Positions 36,087-41,588 of a DNA stretch of 41,588 nucleotides are shown here, one piece after another. Each line of letters begins with the position of its first letter. Positions within the stretch are counted from its first letter, which is position 1. Below the pieces are notes generated by a model. The model had not been told where the DNA came from. It saw only the letters and a list, made by a program, of their open reading frames with translations, and made no database searches. The stretch comes from Paraphysomonas bandaiensis (lineage: Eukaryota; Protista; Chrysophyceae), in contig CBFFRP010000420.1 of the NCBI GenBank assembly GCA_965644295.1, forward strand, positions 1 to 41,588, read 5' to 3'. Position numbers and translations under genes: made by a program.

Positions 36087-37001
36087 TTAAAATTGAAATA
36101 GATTCACCGAAGTGACAAAAGGCGGTCCAGGGCCATGCTCATCGCGCTGTACAAGTTCTTTAAAACACAAGCATGGTTCCTCAAACATCATTTTGGTGTA
36201 AAGAAGATTAACCACTTCAAGATGACTCAACAATGTCAAATGCTTTCCCATAACTCGTCCAGGCATAACCAGAAGATAGCTTAAGGGAGTAACAACAGCC
36301 TTCGATGGCAGGGCTGATTGATGTGTTGACATGACAATTGTGTCACCGTCAATATCGTCGTTGACAGTATGGTTTTCAACTGAAAGCTGATTCACTGAAA
36401 TGACCTTTACAGTCTTAACAACAGAACACCCTGCATCTTTTGAGTCATTTTGTTGAGTAGACTTGGACTTCTCAGAAAGAAATTCTGGATGTCTAAGTTC
36501 TTCAATCAAAGTTTCACCCAGTGGAGTAACCTGAGAATCAATAACCGCAATCAAAGCTTCCTTTTCGGCATATTCCGAATCCTCATTATGAATTTCAGAA
36601 GACTTTTCGGTCATCTCTTTATCCTCAGTACAAACGACAGTTTCTTGTTCCAACATGCACTCCACACTGGTAGAATTTAAATTTTCAATATTAATGTTCA
36701 AGGGCTCTTTTGCAGCACAAACATCTTGTCCTGCAGAAGCATCATTCACTGACTTCGAAACTGCAGCTGGAGAATTTTCAAGGGGTTGTGGAAATGAGTA
36801 CGATCCTTCCAAGACAGCTATTCTTACTCTCAATTCCTTGAGCTCATCGCTGACCTCAGCTACGTCGTGCTTGAGCCCAGCTACGTCATCTTTTACCCCA
36901 GCTACTGTCTCAGTTAGAGTATTTACCATGCCTGTAATTTGCTCTACGAATCCCTGCATTAGACGCTGCAGGTCTGTGGCTTCGTCTTGATTGACATCCA
37001 T
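36087..37001 (-). CDS. 304-aa ORF in the gag position with an N-terminal coiled coil; no recognisable capsid or zinc knuckle
   Basis: ATG ~260 nt downstream of the 5' LTR; heptads LTETVAGVKDDVAGLKHDVAEVSDELKEL. Confidence 0.55.
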   Translation of the reverse strand: MDVNQDEATDLQRLMQGFVEQITGMVNTLTETVAGVKDDVAGLKHDVAEVSDELKELRVRIAVLEGSYSFPQPLENSPAAVSKSVNDASAGQDVCAAKEPLNINIENLNSTSVECMLEQETVVCTEDKEMTEKSSEIHNEDSEYAEKEALIAVIDSQVTPLGETLIEELRHPEFLSEKSKSTQQNDSKDAGCSVVKTVKVISVNQLSVENHTVNDDIDGDTIVMSTHQSALPSKAVVTPLSYLLVMPGRVMGKHLTLLSHLEVVNLLYTKMMFEEPCLCFKELVQRDEHGPGPPFVTSVNLFQF

Positions 37002-37258
37002 TACTGTCTATATGCTAAGACAATTGTATCTTACTATCAGACTAGCTACTGGTGGTTGTCTTTGTCCTATGTGAATGCTAAGCTCTCTGTAACAAATCTA
37101 CTGTCTTGACGTGCTTGTCCGCAGGCACAGTACAAGATGAGATATTGTTGCTTCAAACTTCGCCCCCACAATGGTCAATGACTTCCAATATAAATGATAA
37201 TTATCTAGTACACTACTACGCAATATAAAAGGCCTTATGGGACTAGTAGTAATATTAC

Positions 37259-38402
37259 TATGCACAAACCAGACTTGCGGGTTTGCTCCCAACAAAATGT
37301 ATAATAAGGTGTGAGTAAACACTTATTATTACTGTTAAATCACCCAACACGGTCAACGATATCCGCTAGATAACGCCGCGCAGTATTCCCTCTAAGAATA
37401 AAGATCGCTGTTAAGACAGTGTCAAGTAACTTAAAACAATGACATGCAAGGAATAACATATAGAATGGTACGCATCTACAGAATGAACCAAGTTCATTTT
37501 ATATCACACACACCACACCGCATGCATTCTTGCATACACCGTGTATACCACACGTATTATGACAATAAAACAAAACTGAATAACAGCGTATGAAACTGAA
37601 TAACTGCGCATAAAACTGAAACTACGCATAAAACTGAAATAAAACCATAGTGATAAAACTGAAAAACAGCTAACTAAAATGAGTAACGTGATACCGTATT
37701 CGCTGATAGTCTACTGCTCTTATCATACTCCCTAAACTCATATAAAACTTATTGCATCTTTACTCTCTCCATATATTCCTCTTTAAGCCACACGCTTGCC
37801 ATAATAGCCACCCACTATGCCTGCTTAGCAGCATCACCATGCATAGCGTCTATAGTATGCTCTTGAATGGTCCTAACTCCTGCTCATCTCCACATCCAGA
37901 GCACCATCATGAAAATGCAGCTCACAGAGGTATTGGGCTGTGTACATCCATAGTTCTGCACTTAACTTGAGACATTTATGTTCAGGATGTACTAGCAACA
38001 TCTGAAGATCCCTTCTTATGCTGTTCTGAGGATGATGCAGAGAGAATTGTGTGTACATCACGTTGATGCTACCTAAGTCTCTCTCCATTGCCCTTATTGC
38101 TTCTACGTCGTAAAACAACAGGTGCAGTCGGCTGGCTTCACGTGTATTGCAAGTAGTAGAGATACTGGGTAACGTGTTTTGAGTGTCGTGATATTAATAA
38201 CTGCCTAGAGTAGCCGCAAGTATGCACTTCAGTGTGAATGGCTTGTTGTAATTCCGTGACTCGTGGCTAGATGTTTGCACTTCCTTCGTAAATAATTATC
38301 TTGTACTGTTTGCTGTCCTTCTTCTGTTGTTGACTCTCTTCTTGTTGTTGAATTCCCTATTTCACTACTACACTTGCTACTATATAAACCCCCAGGGTTA
38401 CA
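37259..38402 (-). repeat. 5' LTR of the gypsy element
   Basis: Direct repeat of 30920-32063. Confidence 0.95.
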
Positions 38403-38878
38403 GAAAGAGAGCAAACTATTTCAGCTTCTCAGTATCATTACAGCACATACTTATACATCACTATACTTTACTGCATTCTCGTACATACTGTCTTCAAGTG
38501 TCACACTGAATATACTAAAATATAATATTATCCATATATATTATTCCAATACTCCCACTCAATGTAGAATGCAGTGATACAAAACAACTATAACTATATC
38601 TAGTCCCATAGAGGTAAAATAGATGTGAAATCTTATAAAGATACATGTATAAAACTAACTGTCAACTAGATAATATACAGTAATGTGTGATTTTCATCCA
38701 CCTTAAACCTTTTCGGGGTCGCTTCTTCTGCTTCTCCTCCACACTGGTTGACACGCTTCTCTTAACCCCGGTAATCGTTCTCTCATGACGGCTTGAAATG
38801 CCTTAGGGTTAGGGTTAGAGTATGTTTTCTTCTAGTGCCACACTGAATATATACTAGAATATGATCCATATTCTAATA

Positions 38879-39154
38879 AGGTGAACATCCCGGATGCTTG
38901 ACTTCAGCAGGTAGCCCAATACCCCTAATGCCCTTGAGTCTTGAGGTGGGCTCGTTCCTGGATGCCTGTTTCATCGTCAAGACTCAAAGGCGTCTACACA
39001 AGAGTGAGACTTATTTGTGTCTCTTTAAGCAATTAGGCTAAATATGAGTGGGCAGAACAATATCTGCTGAATATATATGCCGATCACGTTAATTTCCCGG
39101 AGAAATATTTCCGGGACTTATCCCCCACGAAAAGGTGTGAGTCCGCCTTTGTTG
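38879..39154. repeat. Dispersed non-coding repeat, copy 5, right part
   Basis: GTGAACATCCCGGATGCTTGACTTCAGCAGGTAGCCCAATACCCC closely matches copy 4; ends GAGTCCGCCTTTGTTG. Confidence 0.9.
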
Positions 39155-39600
39155 ATAGAACAAAATGTTCAAAAGCCAATAACTCACACCATTATACTGC
39201 TCCTTAATTTCATTATATGTAACCGAATCCAGCTGAGCTCAGCCGAAAGAGAGTGTTTTAAAATAATTTAGACCCTTAAGTAGAACTCTGCTAATACTAT
39301 TATTAATGAGTAGGAGTAGAATGCACCATTTACTACATAGAAGTCGAATTCAGTGGCCAAAGAACTGTACCAAACAACTTCTAAATTAATTTCGTCAACA
39401 TGTGTTGCAGTGCGTTCTCATCATCACAACCCGATCAACTGACGTAAATCATATATACTCCCGGCTAATACCATTTCAACGTAAATAATTTGAATACAAT
39501 TATATCCTAACGTCAGCGACGCATGCCATCACGACTGTCTGCAACTAATCTACGTTAACCTCACTAGTAGCTTCCATACAACATTACTCCTATCTTGTCA

Positions 39601-41029
39601 CTAAGCCCACTCTGCTGCATTTTGCTTCCGTGATGTTGAACTAACGGCAGGGGGAGTTCTCGATAGGAACCATCGACGGACAAAGAATATCTGACGTACA
39701 ATTTAAATATACATATCTATAATTTTGCAAAAAATACCTGGAATAGTGATGCCACTATAAACACCAAAGTTTCAACAATAGAACCCATAACTACGCCATT
39801 ATGAGTGCTTTTGTTCGTCTCGCTGTTGAGGCTTAGCCGGTTGCGGTCCCTGCGCTGTTGTTTTTGAATGGTCAGGAGGCCATCTCTGATCTTATCAATT
39901 GACTCCCGTAGACGATCATTTATGTCCTCATTCTCGTTTAGAACCATTGCCGTCTTGCTCTCGGTGACCTTGTCATCATCCTCAGTTGCTATACTCCTCA
40001 CATCGATCTATTTAAATATTTAAATAAGAGTACAACCCATCATGTCGACAACACACTGCACCTGCACTCGTCGAGATACAAAGCGCGATCTGCTATTATC
40101 CACGCAGAAAGCATATGTCCCCGGTACCTGTAATTCGTCCAGGAGGTAGGTTAGAAATACAGGCAGGGTGCAGCACGAAACAACTACGTAGCGAGGAGGT
40201 GATACTGTCAGATAGTGATAGATGGTACAGAGAGAGCAATATGTAGAGCAGATGGAACAGCGAAGTTAGAAGGGTGCTATTATATAGACTCATAAGGTGA
40301 CAGTGTGACGAGAGGTGACAGGCGCCAAAACAGCGGTACAGAGACAGTATGAGAGAAAGGTCAGATATAAAGATAACGAGAGGAAGATTTCAGAGATAGC
40401 AGCAGATCTATACATATAAATACACATCGAGATAAAGATATACCGAGAAGTACTCACATCGGGTTCAAACTCTTGAATTAAACTCTGGGACTCGGAATGC
40501 TCCTGCAGCCTGCCACTGATGGTCTCGGTGGCAATAGGCTCGGGAAGAGATCCCTGAGAAAACAGTACGAATAAACAAATCTACACAAATACATACATAC
40601 ATAGATGTGTACAGCATATATATTTATATATACGTCGATATATTTCAATATGAGACCCACCGATAAAACCTGATGAGAGGTGAGAGGGCCGATGATCTGC
40701 ACAGAGGCGATTAGAGAGGACTGTGACATACATGCACACCACCCTCATGAACACACACATACAGAGCTACTCATACAGTCTGCTGCACACACGACACGAG
40801 ACACACACAACACACAGTGGTATCATATGAGTGTATGCACCTGTAGAAGCACATCGATATTAGCGCTCGAAGGGACGAATACTTCCACAGCTCTCGCAGT
40901 GTCTGGGCTGCTGAGGTCCTCGTAGAAACACTCTCTCCCTCCAGGAGGAACAACCACATTCAGACTGTCTCTGGCGCCATAGGAGACCACTGCACCACAT
41001 AGTAATAATACCAGCTTCATACTCCGCAT
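39601..41029 (-). CDS. emp24/gp25L/p24 family (GOLD domain) cargo receptor; exons 41029(or 41020)-40841, 40696-40661, 40553-40458, 40127-40062, 40007-39738, 39690-39601
   Basis: Signal peptide MKLVLLLCGAVVSYG; GOLD cysteines RECFYE and GTYAFCVDN; coiled coil; TM SIVETLVFIVASLFQIFFVRRWF; all introns GT-AG and in frame. Confidence 0.9.
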
Positions 41030-41088
41030 AGTCACAGAGTGGTGTGATGAGGACTGAGCTCTCTATGTACATGTATATATGACTGGCG

Positions 41089-41588
41089 TAAGATAAATCG
41101 GGGGCCTCGTCGTGGATGAACTGATACGGTGATATGAATCCCTTTGCAGTGGCGCATGGCAGGCGATTTTTCATATGCGTGACGGTGGACATAGCCTGTT
41201 CCCAGAAGTTGGGTGGTAGGCCCGAGTTGCAAATGGATGCAAGCGTTCTTTCCTTGGTCGTGCGCCATGGTCGTTCTTGTATGGGGTTGTCTTCTGGCGT
41301 GTACGGAGCGTTGAAGGTCCAGGTTGATCCTAATTTTCTCAGCAAGTTCAGTACACGATGTGATACTAGCTCACGGCCACCATCAGCATGATAGTGTATT
41401 AGCCGTTTGCCTTTCGAATGCAGATAATCCACAATTTTCTGAATGCACTCAATGACAAAATCCTCGGTTCTGTGTTTTCCATAGAATGTCCAACTGTATC
41501 TTGAAGCTGCATCGGTAGCTCCAAAGACTACGGTGTTTCCTGTGACTATTGCTGGAGGTGAAAATGGTCCAGTAAAATCAACTGCTAT
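41089..41588 (-). mobile_element. Ty1/copia integrase core fragment (runs off the right edge; truncated after PDLSY)
   Basis: AVDFTGP, DAASRYSW, HADGGRE, YTPEDNPIQERPWRT, GLPPNFW..A...NRLP, SPY....PDLS. Confidence 0.85.

Larger units (their letters stand above)
30920..38402 (-). mobile_element. Ty3/gypsy (chromovirus-like) LTR retrotransposon, young but probably non-autonomous
   Basis: Two 1144-bp direct repeats with ~4 differences seen by eye; 4-bp TSD GAAA (30916-30919, 38403-38406); PPT next to the left LTR; pol order RT-RNaseH-IN. Confidence 0.93.
30747..38878 (-). mobile_element. Degenerate, internally deleted Ty1/copia-like LTR element, itself interrupted by the gypsy element
   Basis: Termini TGTTGGAA...TTCTAATA; 5-bp TSD AGGTG (30742-30746, 38879-38883); duplicated LTR end (~38490-38551 vs ~38828-38878); copia-type PPT (minus TTGAGTGGGAG) at 38552-38562. 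Confidence 0.65.

Overview
Eukaryotic nuclear DNA from a flagellated stramenopile (rRNA signatures suggest a chrysophyte-like organism; taxon inferred, not verified), with short (~45-65 nt) GT-AG introns. The window opens in a minus-strand rDNA unit (28S 5' end, ITS2, 5.8S, ITS1, last ~360 nt of 18S). The 18S is cut off at 1149/1150 by a ~4.46 kb Mutator-like (MULE) transposon. Each of its imperfect terminal inverted repeats holds the start codon and a shared N-terminal peptide of one of two convergent spliced genes: an ~885-aa FAR1-type transposase with a SAP domain inserted in the DDE core, and a ~137-aa zinc-finger protein. Six host genes follow: a PHD/IQ protein, WDR63/DNAI3, DDX51/DBP6, EF-1alpha, a ~2480-aa uncharacterised coiled-coil protein and a p24/GOLD protein. 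The intergenic DNA holds five copies of a ~0.3-0.55 kb non-coding, apparently structured repeat, a TIR element with an internal minisatellite, and a three-level nest: repeat copy > deleted copia-like element > young Ty3/gypsy element with 1144-bp LTRs, a truncated RT carrying an FDN motif, and an unrelated ORF. The window ends in a copia integrase fragment directly upstream of the p24 gene. All calls come from manual reading; no database searches were run.
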